DNA of 64,000 nucleotides from Azolla caroliniana (Eukaryota > Plantae > Polypodiophyta). Under the pieces are notes generated by a model that made no database searches, was not told where the DNA came from, and saw nothing but the letters and a program-made list of their open reading frames with translations. Of this stretch, positions 1 through 14,200 are shown piece after piece. Positions within the stretch are counted from its first letter, which is position 1; every line of letters begins with the position of its first letter. The DNA lies in the NCBI GenBank assembly GCA_043228905.1, contig JBHGNT010000004.1, forward strand, positions 16,678,001 through 16,742,000. The letters run 5' to 3'. Position numbers and translations under genes: made by a program.

Positions 1-1938
1 TCCAACAGAAGAAAGGAGTGGACTTCGATGAGATCTTTGCCCCGGTAGTAAAGATGACATCCATCCAGACGGTATTGGGCATAGCGGCTAGCATGGACCT
101 CGAGGTAGAGCAACTGGACGTGAAGACGGCATTCCTCCATGGTGACCTCGAAGACAAGATCTATATGCATAAACCAGAAGGATTTGAGAAGAAAGGGAAG
201 GAGCACCTGGTGTGCCGACTAAAGAAGAGCTTATACGAACTGAAGCATGTTCCCTGGCAATGGTACTAGAATGTTCGACTCCTTTATGACCAATCAAGGA
301 TACCACAAAATGCAGGCCGATCACTGCGTCTTTGTGGAGAAATTTGACGGAGGAGATTTCTTGATACTCCTCCTATATGTGGATGATATGTTGATTGTCG
401 AACAAGACCAAGGCAAGATTCAAATGCTAAAGAAGGCTCTGAACAGGACCTTCTCAGTGAAAGACTTGGGTCCGGCAGGATAGATATTGGGAATGCACAT
501 CATTCGGAACCAGTTGAAGAAGTTGTTGTGGTTGTCACAGGAGAAGTACGTGGCAAAGGTGCTTCAACGGTTCAACATGTCAGAGGCGAAACCAGTCGCG
601 TCGACACTTCCAACAAATTGCAAGGTATCCGGAAAACAAAGTCCGAGGACAAAGGCGGAGAAGACGGATATGATGAAGATACCATATGCCTTCATCGTCG
701 GAAGCTTGATGTACGCGATGGTTTGTACCCGGTCGGATATCAGATATGCAGTCGAAGTGCTAAGCCGGTTCATGAGCAATCCCGAAAGATAGCACTAGAA
801 CGTGGTCAAGTGGATACTCCAGTATTTTAAAAGCACCACGAGTATGTGCCTCTAGTTCGGCTCCGGTAATCCCCAACTTCGCGGATTCACGGATTCGGAT
901 ATGTCGGCTGATGCGGATACTAGCCGGTCTACATCTGGATATGTCATGACTTATGTAGGGGGAGTTGTTTCGTGGCAGTCGAGGCTGCAGAAGACGGTTG
1001 CATTGTCAACTATGGAGGTGGAGTACATGGCAGTTGGAGAAGTCGGCAAGGAGATAATTTGGATGAAGGACTTCATCGGAGAGGTAGGAATCCAATAGGA
1101 GGAATATCGGCTCGACTATGACAGTCAAAGTGCCATCCGCCTTGCAAAGAACACGGCCTACCATTCCCAGACGAAACATATCCAGTGGAGGTACCACTAG
1201 ATCCGGGAGAGATTAGAAAATCAAGAGTTTGTGCTGACGAAGATGCACATTGAGGAGAACGGGTCGGAGATGCTGACCAAGATCCTAACAACTGACAAGC
1301 TAGACGCGTGTTGAAAACGGATCGGGCTAACGAGACATCCCATGCCGGAGAGAAGGGGGAGATTGTTGGGAAATCGGTCCCTCCGGATGGGATTCGGTGA
1401 GAACCAAAAGGGATCCGGAAACCGGAGGAGACCTGGTGAGAACCATAAGAGAAGACATATCTGTAAATATGTTTTGAGTAAGGCTATGGATGTTACATTT
1501 GTAAATAGCCCTAAGTTTATATAAGTATAAATATGACTTAGGGCAATCACTTTGTGTAGTGAGAGCGTGAGAGAGTTGTTGTTGTCATATTGGTGTACAG
1601 AGAGAGCAACAAAGAGAGTGTGTGAGATACAGAGAAATACTCTGTTGTAATCGCCGGTTGGCGAAGATACAGAGCTCGAGGTCATTGCCTCCGAGGCTCT
1701 GTTTGTACCTTTCTCCTATCGTGATAGTTGGAGTCCATGGGCTCACGTGGTTTTTTCCCTATTAGGGTTTTCCACGCAAACATCCTGTGTATTTCCTTCT
1801 GTGTACTCTCCACTTCCCATTTCTGTGTTTCATTCTCAATGAAGCGTTCAAGACTCGGTTGTGGCCAAGCAATATTTCACGTCATTCTCTTCATTTTTTC
1901 CTCTCTCCAATAACTTATTGTCCTATAGTCTCATAACA
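1..1938 (+). mobile_element. Ty1/Copia LTR retrotransposon A, 3' part (degenerate RT-RNase H, PPT, 3' LTR)
   Basis: ORF fragments with QLDVKTAFLHG, LLYVDDML, ADADTSRSTSGY and several in-frame stops. PPT GGAGAGAAGGGGGAGA at ~1347-1362, then LTR TGTTG (1364) to TAACA (1938). Related to element B. Confidence 0.9.
1364..1938 (+). repeat. 3' LTR of Copia A
   Basis: Starts TGTTGGG directly after the PPT, has a TATA-like TTTATATAA near 1517 and ends ATAACA. The right end is inferred from the terminal motif only. Confidence 0.7.
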
Positions 1939-2320
1939 ATGGCAAAAGTAACTGAACAAGAATATATGCACATTCTTACTAATCTATTGAGAGATCAAGC
2001 TCAACTTAGTTTAGTTAGTTAGTCAACCATGTAACTTCGTAATTACCTAGATAGAATCTAGTTAGAAGTTTTGACTATAACACCTTAAACAGGACCTTGT
2101 ACTTAAGTGGGATATTATAAATCATCCACTCCTAAGTACATTTAATATAGGACTTACACCTTAGTACCTATATTCCACTCACACATGTGCACCTTTGCAC
2201 ATGAGATGTATATATACCTCATTTTATGTATTTTTGTATTTGATGATGATGATGATAATGCTAATTTCACATAGTTACTCATCCCCCATCTTGTGTTGTT
2301 CATAAGTGTGTGTGTGTGTG

Positions 2321-2426
<106 letters not shown>

Positions 2427-2655
2427 ATTTCACTCCGGCCATCGTTGGAAAGCTCTTTGAGAGGGCTTTCTAAAGAATGTTCATTTACTGAATTCCGTTA
2501 CCGTGGCGAGAAGTTATGAGCATTTTCATCCGCAGCCATCTTTGCCCCACGGTTCCTCAAACGGAAGGTAGATTTTGAAGCCCTAAATCGAGTGAAAGGT
2601 ACATTCTCTCTCCTTCCCTCTCTGTCTCTCTTTTCCCGTAGGGTTTGTCCCTACA

Positions 2656-3525
2656 ATGGCAAATACTCGTAAAACCGCCACAAAGTTCGGGGGTATGATT
2701 GATAATGAGCCGAGATCACCAACAAATCTTTATTCTAATGCAATGGACAAAATGCTTATGAGTCACTTGATTTCTCTTCAAGAAACCATAAACAAGCAAG
2801 GTGAAGAGATTAGGACGTTAATGAAAGAGAATACTAAGCTCCAAAGTGTTGTCATTGAGAATGAAAGTCTTAAACAAGTGGTTGCAAAACTTCAAGAAGA
2901 CATTCAAGAATGTAAAAGAGCTTCTTTTGAAACAAATGAGCACCTTAACAAGATTGAGTTAAAGGAAGCATTAAAAGAAGAAAAATTGGACACGATGAGG
3001 TGGGATGTAAGTGAGATGAAAAATGTATGTACAACGAAGTCATGGACCGATGTATGTGGTGGGGATGTGCTATCAAACTCATCTAATATGCATGTGATGC
3101 ATCAAGAGAAGAATATAGAAAGCATAGATGTCCGAGAATTGAAAGAACGTGAACGACGATCAAAGAACATTGTCGTCTGTGGGATTAAAGAAGAGAGTAT
3201 GGAAACACCAGCATCCCTTGGAAAGGCCATTGGTGAATTTTTTAGCATGCATTATGGGATGTCAGATGTGAATGTATATGGGGCACACTAAGTTGGGAAA
3301 CATGGTGTTACTCACTCCGGAGAAAGGCCTATTGTATGCACAATGACAGATGATACAAAGCGGCGGATCATACTCGAAAATAGTTGGGTATACCTCAAAG
3401 GTACACAATGCTTTGTGAGTGAAGATCGTACTATCTCACAACAAAAGGCTCATCATAAAGCATATGAAGAAATATTGAAAAACAAGGTTAAGGATGTGCC
3501 GAAAGATGGAAATGTAGGCAAATAG
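2656..3525 (+). pseudogene. LINE ORF1 (coiled coil plus RRM-like domain)
   Basis: Heptad-rich N-terminus and the ERERRSKNIVVCGIKE motif typical of LINE ORF1. One in-frame stop at 3289-3291. Confidence 0.8.
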
Positions 3526-3531
3526 GGACAC

Positions 3532-6500
3532 GTGATCTATGAGACTAACACACGCCTTTTACGACTATGCTTTTGGAATTGCAATGGATACCCATGGAAT
3601 GTGGGATTTGGCATAGAGGAGTTCATCGATGACTCGGATATCACACTTCTTGTTGAAACATGGGAGCATGATACTCAAAGTGTTCAAGGTTTAGGAAACT
3701 ATAGTGTACACTCTTTGATATGGAAGAAAAATCCAAGACAAAGAAGAGGACAAGGAGGGGTGGCATGTTTGATTAAGAAGGAAATAGAGAAATATGTGTC
3801 AATCATAAAAAATGATGAAAATAAATGCTACATATGGCTCAAAATAGAAACACCTAATGATTTGCCCACTTTTGTAGTTGGATGTTACATTCCTCATCAA
3901 GATTCTAACTTTTATGCTTGTTTGGATAAAGATCAACCGTATGCCAATCTAGAAGATGATATTGCTTATTTCAAATCCAAAGGGGAAGTTATTGTCTTTG
4001 GTGACATGAATGCTCGTACAAGAAGTTTCCAACTTGATTCACAAGAATCTTTCATGCCATATATCTCAAGGATGCAAGAGGATATGCAAATGTATAACCG
4101 CTCTTCTAGCGATGAAAAAGATCCAGACCAATTTGGGAAGTTACTCCTACAAATGTGCAATAGTTCTAGATTTCTTATTGCAAATGGTATTTCCTTATGG
4201 CCCAACACTAATGGTTTTACATGTAGAAAACGCAACAGAAATAGTGTGATTGACTGTGTGCTACTTTCCGAAGGTATTTTGGATCGTATACATAAATTCT
4301 CACTTAGTGAATGGACACCGGAATCCGATCATAGGCCTTTATGTATTGATCTCAAATGTATGCATAGGTTTGATTGTGAGAAGGCTATTGAAGATAATAA
4401 ACAACCGCACTTGAGCATGAACCTTAAGCGAGCACCCATGTATTCCAAGATGGTTGAGGATATGTTACAAATGACAAAGATACAGCATGGTGCCACACTA
4501 GAATGCAAATGAGAAGTTTTCAAGAAAGTCATTCTCTCATGTACAAACAAATGTTTTTCGACCAACCGCACATCTTGGAAATGCACCAAGAAACTTAGGA
4601 AAAAATGGTTTGATAAAGAATGTCGTGAAGCTCGAAAGTTCCTTATGGTTTTGGATGTAGTTAAGGATAAAGAGAATTACCAAAAGCTTTTGCATGAGTA
4701 TAAAAAGCATATTCAAAGAAAGAGAAGAATATGGGAAGTTACTCAACAATTTATCCAAACGCAAGAGAAAGCACATGCATGTGCTAAATTTTGGGGAAAT
4801 CTAAAGGGAAAACGTGTTGAGAGTTATGGTGACTTAACTCTTCACGACTTGTCTATGCATTGTAAGAATTTATATGAGTTATCTCTTGCCGGAAAGATGA
4901 TGTGTTATGGTTCTCTTTCACATATGCCTCCCTTCTTTACAATTGAAGATATATGCATAGGACTTAAGAAATTGGCCTCTCAAAAGGCAAGCGATCTTCA
5001 ATGTATAAAGGCTGAAATGCTCAAATGGACAAGAAAGGAAGCACATATATGGATAAGCGATATGTTTAATGATGTATTGCAACATGGTATGCCGTACGAT
5101 TGGACTACAAATTGGATCAAACCTTTACATAAAGGTGGAGATATAAATATTGTAAACAACTATCGAACCATCATGGTTGGCTCATTAATGGCAAAACTAT
5201 TTGGATGTATAATGGAATCAAAGATAAGTGTATGGGCTGAAAAACGTGGTAAGAGATCTTATGGACAAGCTGGCTTTCGGAAACACCATAGCACCATTGA
5301 TCACCTTATCACCCTTTGAGTATTAATGGAGGAAAGTTGCCTTAGAGGTAAAGGTTTATATTGTTGCTTTGTAGACTTCAAGAAAGCTTTTGATATGGTA
5401 CCTCGTGAGCATCTTTGGAGGCGAATGGAAGAACTTGAGGTGCCAAGTGAATATATGCTTGCAATTTCCCGAATTTCTGAGAAGGTTATATGTTGTGTGC
5501 ACATGAGAGATAAACTTTCTGATTTTTTCAAAAGCATTATTGGTGTTAAGCAAGGATGCCCACTCTCACCAACACTATTTGGTCTATGCATTGATGAATT
5601 GGAAGAAATGGTTACCAAGTTTGCAAAGGAAGAATGTGTTGAAGAAGTTGCCATTGGGAATGTTGTGATTATGCTTTTGCTATATGCAGATAATGTAGTG
5701 CTTTTTGCAAATACTTTAGGACATGCACAAAAGGTTATGAAGGCATTGGAAAAAATTTGCATGCATACTAAATTAAGTGTCAATAGCTCTAAAACAAAGA
5801 TTATGCTTGTGAAGAGCCAAAAAAGAGATAAACCATGCATTATGTACAACAATGAGCCACTTGAATGTGTGGAAAGCTTCAAATATCTTGGCCTTGAAGT
5901 TCCTTCAAATCATAGATGGAATGAATGTGCTACACGCCGCGTAGAGACGGGCAAGCGAGCATACTATGCATTTGAGAACACATGCAATCTTGGAGATATT
6001 ACGTGTTGGGTGCTCAAGAAATATCTTTTCAACACTTTGGTGACACTGGTTCTTCTCTATGGGGTGGAAGTATGGGGCGGTAGCATCCCTAAATCTATGT
6101 GGAAAGAGTTTGAAAATGTCCAAAAGCATTTTCTTACCAAGTTTCTACAAGTTAAGAAACAAATGCCCTACACCCTCCTCCTTGAGACGGGATCACTTCC
6201 CATTGAGATCATGGCCATGGAAAGGGTTGTTGAATACATGCTTAAGGTTCAAAAAAGTCCCTCACATTGACTTCCTAGAATTGCGTGGGAAGCAAGCAAA
6301 AAGATCCAAGAGACGCATAAAAGCAAAATTTTGTGTTCCGGTTGGATGCAAGATATAGAAAAATGGTTTGGTAGATGGGATGCGAGACACTTGCTTCATG
6401 ATGCATCATTAGATTCCTCTGTAAATGAGGCATTTTTGCAATACCAATGTATCATGACATGGGACAAATGTGGAGGCTCACGCTTCACACATTATACTAC

Positions 6501-6903
6501 ACATGTTGCACCTAACTACAAAACCATATTCTTTGCGGAACGGGGAAATCGTACACATCCATACATGTTAGAGCCCATACCGTTATCTGTCATTCGAACC
6601 ATTGCTTCCATGCGACTTAGCTCACATGCATTGCGATGTGAAACAAGGTGTTGGGGTACAAGTGATGAGAGTGGTCGGCTATGCACACTTTGCCCTAAAC
6701 AAGTTCGCAAGTCTGAGTATCACACTTTGATACAATGCTCTGCCTTTGATCATATTCGACCATGCTTTCCACATCTCTTCGATCGAGCCCAATCTTTGCA
6801 TGGATTCCTCTCACAACCACAATGTGCACTCTCAATTGCAACATTCATTGGTAAAGTTCTTGAACATCGAGAGTCACTACTCACTTTCACACGTATCACG
6901 TGA
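3532..6903 (+). pseudogene. LINE ORF2 (APE endonuclease, RT, zinc finger)
   Basis: Collinear same-frame ORFs 3532-4512, 4645-5319, 5326-6270 and 6331-6903, separated by single TGA stops. Confidence 0.9.
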
Positions 6904-6967
6904 AATGTAATATTTTTGGTCTCATAGGTCATAGTTGACCTCCGAAGATGATAATATAATCTATCTG

Positions 6968-7017
<50 letters not shown>

Positions 7018-7120
7018 TCACACACATACACACACATATCACATAATCTTTCGCTTATCAACTAATCACATAATTAGGTACTAATTAATCCTTGCTTAAT
7101 TACTTACCTAATTCTTAACA

Positions 7121-7132
7121 TGGTATCAGAGC
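7121..7132 (+). promoter_or_regulatory. tRNA-Met(i) primer binding site of Copia-2
   Basis: TGGTATCAGAGC immediately after the LTR end TTAACA. Confidence 0.92.
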
Positions 7133-7347
7133 GTGTGGTTTAGAAAATCCACTAAGCCCACCCGACTCCATGATTGTGTGTTTGAGACGCCGACGACAAA
7201 ATCCGGCTATCGGCTACTGTAGTGCCTCTACATAGCACGTGTACGTGATCGAAGGAAGAAAATCAAAAGAAGAGAAGACACTACAATCAACATGAACGCA
7301 CAAATGGGTAGCTAGACTGGAGCAATTATTCATCTTGGGAGTACAAG

Positions 7348-10110
7348 ATGACCCAATACCTCGTCAACCAAGGGTATTGGAGCTACATCAACGACACTCA
7401 AGAAAATCGACCCGACTCAAAGAACACCGACTACACAACATGGAAGCAAGCGGCTAGTCGAGTCATGTATTGCTTGGCAACATGTGTCCACAACCACATG
7501 CTTAGCCATATTCGAGACGCCAAGACGCCTAAAGAAGCGTGCGAGAACTTAAAGAAAATGTTCTCCGCCAACACAACCGCTCGAAAGCTTCAACTCCGAC
7601 AAGAGTTGAATAACATTCGGCAAGAAGATATGTCTATGTTGGACTACACCGCCAAGATCAAGAGCATTTGCAACTCACTTGGCTCCATCAAAATAAACGT
7701 CGACGAAGACGAGATGGTTCAAGTATGCTTGGGCGGCCTCGCACAACGATTCGACTCGTTGAGGACGGCAATCTTGACGAGGGAAAATCCCCCTTCGTTC
7801 TTCGACCTTCAATCAATGCTAATGGTTGAAGAGAACCACGTCCAAACCAAAACCAACACATCGGAAGGACAAATGTTCTTCTCGAATTCGGATGGTGGCC
7901 GAGGACGAAGTCGAGGCGGTAGAAGAGGCCAATTCAGCCCATCACACGAAGGGAACTCAAACCTTCACGGAAGCCATCGAGGAACCTTCGGAAGAAGGGG
8001 AAGCTTCCACGCTGAACAAGGTCGGCAAACGAGGCCCGCAACTTGCAATTATTGCGGTAAAGTCGACCACTACGAGGCTGAGTGTCGGAAAAAGAGAAGT
8101 GAGTCGGCTTCAACAAGTCGACAACTCACAAACTATGCATCGAACTCCGACTACGACAATCGTAGCGAAATGTTCACGAATCACACATCGAATTCCGACT
8201 ACGGCGACTGTGATGAAATGTTTGTAATGAGGCATAGAGCGAACTCTATGACGGCCTCCAACTCCGCAAGCACCTCCAATTCGGAAGACGTGTGGTTCGT
8301 CAATTCCAGCGCCTCACATCACATGACATCCCACAAGGAGTGGTTCAATGACTTGCATACACTGGATCGACCCGGCTTCATAGAGACGGGAGATGACACC
8401 ACGCATCCCATTCGGCATATCGGCAACGTTCCATTCGGAAATGGTGGCAAGAACAATTGCATCAAGAATGTCATGCATGTGCCCATGATAACGAAGAATT
8501 TGATCTCGGTAGGCCAAATCGTGGAGCAAGGAATGGAAGTTCACTTCAACAAAGAAGGGTGCTTCATCGAGAAAGATGGCCGACTCATAGCAAAGGGGCA
8601 GAGAGATGGCCGAATGTTCATCCTTGATTCGAACAAGGTGAAATCGGCAATGTACGAAAAAGGTCTCAAAACCGAGACAAGCATTGAGTTGTGGCACAAG
8701 AGAATCGGCCACATAAACCTCCAACGGCTTTGAGCGATGCAAACCAAGGGAGTCTTCATCGGACTTCCAACATTCGAGTCGAAACAAGTCGACCGAGTAT
8801 GCGAAGCTTGTCAACTTGGCAAACAACATCGACTCCCATTCCTGAAGGAGAGCCACGCAAGCAAAGGCCTCCTCAACGTCATACACTCGGATGTATGGGG
8901 ACCGGCTCAAACACCAACAATCGGCGGATGCCGATACTACGTAACCTTCATCGACGACTACTCCCGCTCAGCGTGGATCTACCTGATGAAGAAGAAAAGC
9001 GAATTGCTCTCCCACTTCCAAAAGCTCAAGCGTCAAGTCGAAAAAGAAACCGGTCGGCACATTCGATGCCTAAGATCGGATGGAGGAAAGGAGTACTTCT
9101 CCGAAGAATTCACCTCCTACCTCCAAAGTGAAGGCATTCGGAGAGAATTCTCGTGCCAACACACACCCCAACAAAATGGAGTAGCCAAAAGGAAGAATCG
9201 GCAAATACTTGAGGTAGCACGCGCCATGATGCATGAGAAGCACATGCCGAACTTCTATTGGGCTGAAGCAGCATCCACGGCCGTTTATCTCATGAACCGG
9301 TGCACCACCAATGGAGTCCATGAGCTAACTCCATACGAGCTCCTCGTCGAAAGGAAGCCAATCTTGTCGCACCTCAAGGTGTTCGGAAGCATTGCGAATG
9401 TACGCATACCGAACGAATAAAGACAGAAGCTCGGCGCGAAGTCGGAGGAATGTATCCTCATAGGATACTCATCCGAGAAGAAGGCATACAAGTGCTACAA
9501 CCCTTCTACCCGAGTGTTTCTGGTAAGTCGAGACGTAGTCTTCAACGAGTCCGCATCCCGGTACGCACCGGAGACAACTTCGACTCCGACTCCGCTCGAC
9601 CCAGAATCCGCCGAACAAGAGGTAGAAGATGGAGATTTCTTCGAAGAAAGTCCAATTACGGCAAAGCCTAGTGGGCAACAAGATCCCCCACGCGACCCAA
9701 GCACGTCGCGACCAAGTACGAACTTGGAGAAAGGCAAAGGTAACATGCCCGAATACAAAGTCGACCACTCCGATGACAATGATTCGGATGGATCGGCTAC
9801 CTCACCAGATAGTGACTTTGGTGTACCCATCATGCGTACACCCGGAGTAAAGAAGGCACTCACATTGGCGAGCGAAAAACTCTGACGCTCTTCTAGAGAG
9901 AAGAATCTCGTCACACGGCTCGGCTACAAAGAGTATATGGCCCATCATTACGCCTTCGCGATGAAGGTAGCGGCCGAACAAGAGCCCAAGAGCTCCACCA
10001 AAGTGGCACGTACCCCACGATGGGTGGAAGTAATCGACCTTCGCCCACCCACTACAAGCCTTTGTCACCGGCTTGAGGGGGAGGAACTGAAACTACCACA
10101 AAAACGTTGA
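7348..10110 (+). pseudogene. Copia-2 gag-protease-integrase polyprotein, RT deleted
   Basis: CNYCGKVDHYEAEC zinc knuckle, WFVNSSASHHM protease, LWHKRIGH, HSDVWGP and RSDGGKEY integrase motifs. Stops at 8731 and 9418. Confidence 0.88.
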
Positions 10111-10554
10111 TGCCGAAAGAAACAATACCGGTCATCCAAAGCCGAAGCCGATTCAACCGAATCGAAGATCCGAACGTTGAAAGCCAAAGCGGACATTGGA
10201 TGCCTTGTACTTGAGCTTGAGGGGGCGTGTTGAGAGATCAAGCTCAACTTAGTTTAGTTAGTTAGTCAACCATGTAACTTCGTAGTTACCTAGATAGAAT
10301 CTAGTTAGAAGTTTTGACTATAACGCCTTAAATAAGACCTTGTACTTAAGTGGGATATTCTAGATCCTCCACTCCTAAGTACATTTAATATAAGACTTAC
10401 ACCTTAGTACCTATATTCCACTCACACATGTGCACCTTTGCACATGAGATATATATATACCTCATTGTGGGTATTTTTGTATTTGATGATGATGATGATG
10501 ATAATGCTAATTTAACATAGTTACTCATCCCCCATCTTGTGTTGTTCATAAGTG

Positions 10555-10679
<125 letters not shown>

Positions 10680-10946
10680 TATCACATAATCTTCCGCTTA
10701 TCAACTAATCACATAATTAGGTACTAATTAATCCTTGCTTAATTACTTACCTAATTTTAACACCACCTAACAACTAAGTTCACAGTCTTGGAGCAAGAGA
10801 ACCATAGGCTTCTTGTCAGGAACTCTATTAAGGCAGAGAAGGAATTAGTACTAAAAGAAGGATTAGTACTATTGTTGGGGAATAGTACTAAGACAGAGAA
10901 GGATTAGTACTATGAGAGGTGTCGAACTTTGAGAGAAGGAATGAGT

Positions 10947-10990
<44 letters not shown>

Positions 10991-11272
10991 TGATGCGAAA
11001 GATATATGTATTATATGACGGAAGATATACAACAGTAGTTAGAAGGCTTAAGACTGGCGTTGAACCGATTTGGTTCGAACTAATGCCTTGCGCCTCCTTT
11101 TATAGTGTCTTCAGGAATACTCCTGAAGTTTCTAGAATGTTCCAGAGAAATCTGGAATATACATCAATTTCCCAATAAAACCTAAATGAAAATAATATCC
11201 TTCAAATTACAATTCATAACCTAATGGTAAAGTCTCGACCCGTGTAACAAAAGGTTATGGGTTCGAGTCTAG

Positions 11273-14200
11273 TTATGACACTATCCCCCCTTTAAAACGA
11301 CGAGTTTCACGAGTCGTTTTGGATTGAGGACCCGGTTTCTCGGGATATCGTCGATGGAAGTCTTCTAGAAGAGCACGAGCATTGGTCACATTCTCGATCG
11401 GTTCCCAAGTACGCTCGCTGGGACTATATCCTAGCCAATCGACTAGATAGTAGAGCTTGTTGCGAACAATCTTGGAATCGAGGATGGCAGCGACCTCATA
11501 CTCAGGTCCATCTTCGAGCTCAATAGGAGGTGGAGGTTGTATAGTACGTCCTGGGATAGTGCTCTCGTGATAGGGTTCGAGGAGAGAACTATGAAACACC
11601 GGATGTATCCGAAGTTGCGGAGGTAGCTCGAGACGAAAAGCGACATCATTAATCTTCCCGATAATACGGAAAGGACCTAATCGCCGATAATCCAACTTCT
11701 CACATGGGCGAGTAGTCTTGATGTGTCGTCGTAGCAGCCACACCCGATCTCCAATGTTAAAACTGGATGGAATTCGATGACGATCTGCGTAGTCCTTGTG
11801 TGATTGTTGAGCTTGCTGGAGTTGAGTAGATAAATCCGCTTGTATCTTGCGTAACCGCTCCAAACGATCCTCCGCGCAAGGATTTGTGGACACTTCTGGG
11901 GTTTCAAGGACACACCACCGGGGATGATATCCCGTATAAGCGTAGAATGGCGTGACTTTAGTCGATGCGTGGATAGTGTTATTATAGGCAAATTCGGCGA
12001 ACTGAAGAATATCTGCCCAGTCATTCTGATGATAGTTGAGAAAGCACCGCAGATACTGCTCCAGTGTTTGATTTGTTCGTTCGGCTTGACCGTCGGTTTG
12101 TGGGTGGTAGCCGGAGGAGAGGTTACAAGTGACCTTCAGCATTTTAAAAAGGTGCTTCCAGAATTTTGACACAAACTGGGGTCCACGATCGCTGATGATA
12201 TTATCAGGGAGTCCATGATGCCGACATACTTCCCGCATGACAATTTCGGCGGTGTCTTCACTAGATATTTCTTTAGTACATGGTAAGAAATGAGCCATCT
12301 TCGTATATCGATCCACCACTGTGAGAATCGCACTGAATCCCTTAGAGACTGGAAGATCTGTAATGAAGTCAAGAGCAATGGATTGCCATGGCTTGCTTGG
12401 AATTGGTAATGGTTCTAATAAACCATATGGATGATGTCTTGGCATTTTCGCTCTGCAGCATGTATCGCAAGTCCGAACAAAATCTTCGACAAATTGTCGC
12501 ATACGGGGCCACCAGAATGATCGTTGTACTAAATCTAATGTTTTAGTACTACCAAAATGTCCTGCTGTATATGTGTCATGGCAGTTTTGTACTACTCGAA
12601 GGCGGCAAGAACCATTAGGAACATACAAAAGTTCTTTAAAGAAGAGTAATCCATCACAGTATTTGAATTGCCGATAATCCGTACCTGGTGATTGTGATTG
12701 TGAACATGACGCTCGAGAGGGGTCAATTTGTGCTAGTATAGCTTGGGCGAAAGCGTCAGTCTTCAAGTCCTCACGTATAGTATTGGTAATGTCGGAATCC
12801 ACGGGCATGTCAAAGACCTGTGCTGCTTCCAGTCGTGCTGGACCCAAGATTACTTGCTTCTGGTTATCGAAAGCTGGCTCACCGGGACGTGGTGTTAGAT
12901 ACGAACGCCGTGATAATGCATCTGCCTTCCCTTGGTGCTTCCCCGGACGATATGTAATTTTGAAGTCGAAGCGTGTGAGGAAGTGGGCCCACCGAGCTTG
13001 ACGTCGATTCAGTACACGAGCATCTTGAAAGTAGGCAAGGTTCTTGTGGTCACTGAATACAGTGACCTGATGAGGAGATCCCTCCAGGAAATGCCTCCAT
13101 TGCATAAAAGAATCAACTATTGCTAATAGCTCTTTATCATGAATTTCGTAGTTGATTTCGGCGGCGTCAAACTTACGGGAGTGGAAAGCCACAGGATGTA
13201 GCTTCTCGTCGTTACCCTGTTGTGACAGAATGCTCCCCAATGCGAAATCCGATGCGTCAGCTTCGATAATGAATGGTTTTTCCGGATCCACATGACCTAA
13301 AATTGGAGCTGATGTAAACGCCTTCTTAAGATTCTCGAAAGCCATGTCCGTCTCTTTAGACCAAATGAATGATTGTCCCTTCCTGGTGAGCTGTGTGAGA
13401 GGCAGCACAATTTTTGAGTAATTTTGTATGAACTTCCGGTAAAAATTTGCAAAGCCTAGGAAGCATTGCACATCCCGCACCGAACGCGGAGTGTGCCATT
13501 CTATCACCATTTTGACCTTGGCTGGGTCCATAGATATGCCTTCTGAGGAGATGACATAGCCGAGAAACTCCACTTGGTTGCTCCCGAAACTACATTTCTC
13601 TAACTTTGCATACAGACCATGTTCTCGAAGTCGTTTTAGTACTAATAGTACATGAGAATCATGTTCTTCTTGGGTCTTTGAATAAACCAGTAGATCATCC
13701 AAATAGATGATCAAAAAATCATCCAAGAGATCTCGAAATATATCATTCGCCATGTGCTGGAAGACTGCCGGCGCATTAGTGAGTCCGAACGGCATGACCG
13801 TATACTCGAAGTGCCCATATCTGGTGCGAAACGCGGTCTTCCATTCATCTCCTGGTCGGATCCGTACGAGGTTATAGGCTCCTCGTAAGTCGATCTTCGT
13901 GAAGAACCTGGCACCGTTGATCCGTTCTAAAAGACTTGAGATAAGGGGAAGAGCATACCTATTTCTTACTATGACCTTATTCAAGCCACGGTAATCTACA
14001 ACGAGTCGAAGCAAGCCATCTTTTTTCTTGACGAAGAAAATGGGTGCGCCGGCTGGAGATTTCGAATGCCGAATGAAACCGTTCTCCAAATTCTCCTCTA
14101 TATAGGCTCGAAGGACTTCTAGCTCGGTTGGTGACAAATTGTAGATCGGCCCCCATGGCGGCTCTTTTCCCGGTTGTAAGTCGATGGCGCAGTCGTACGG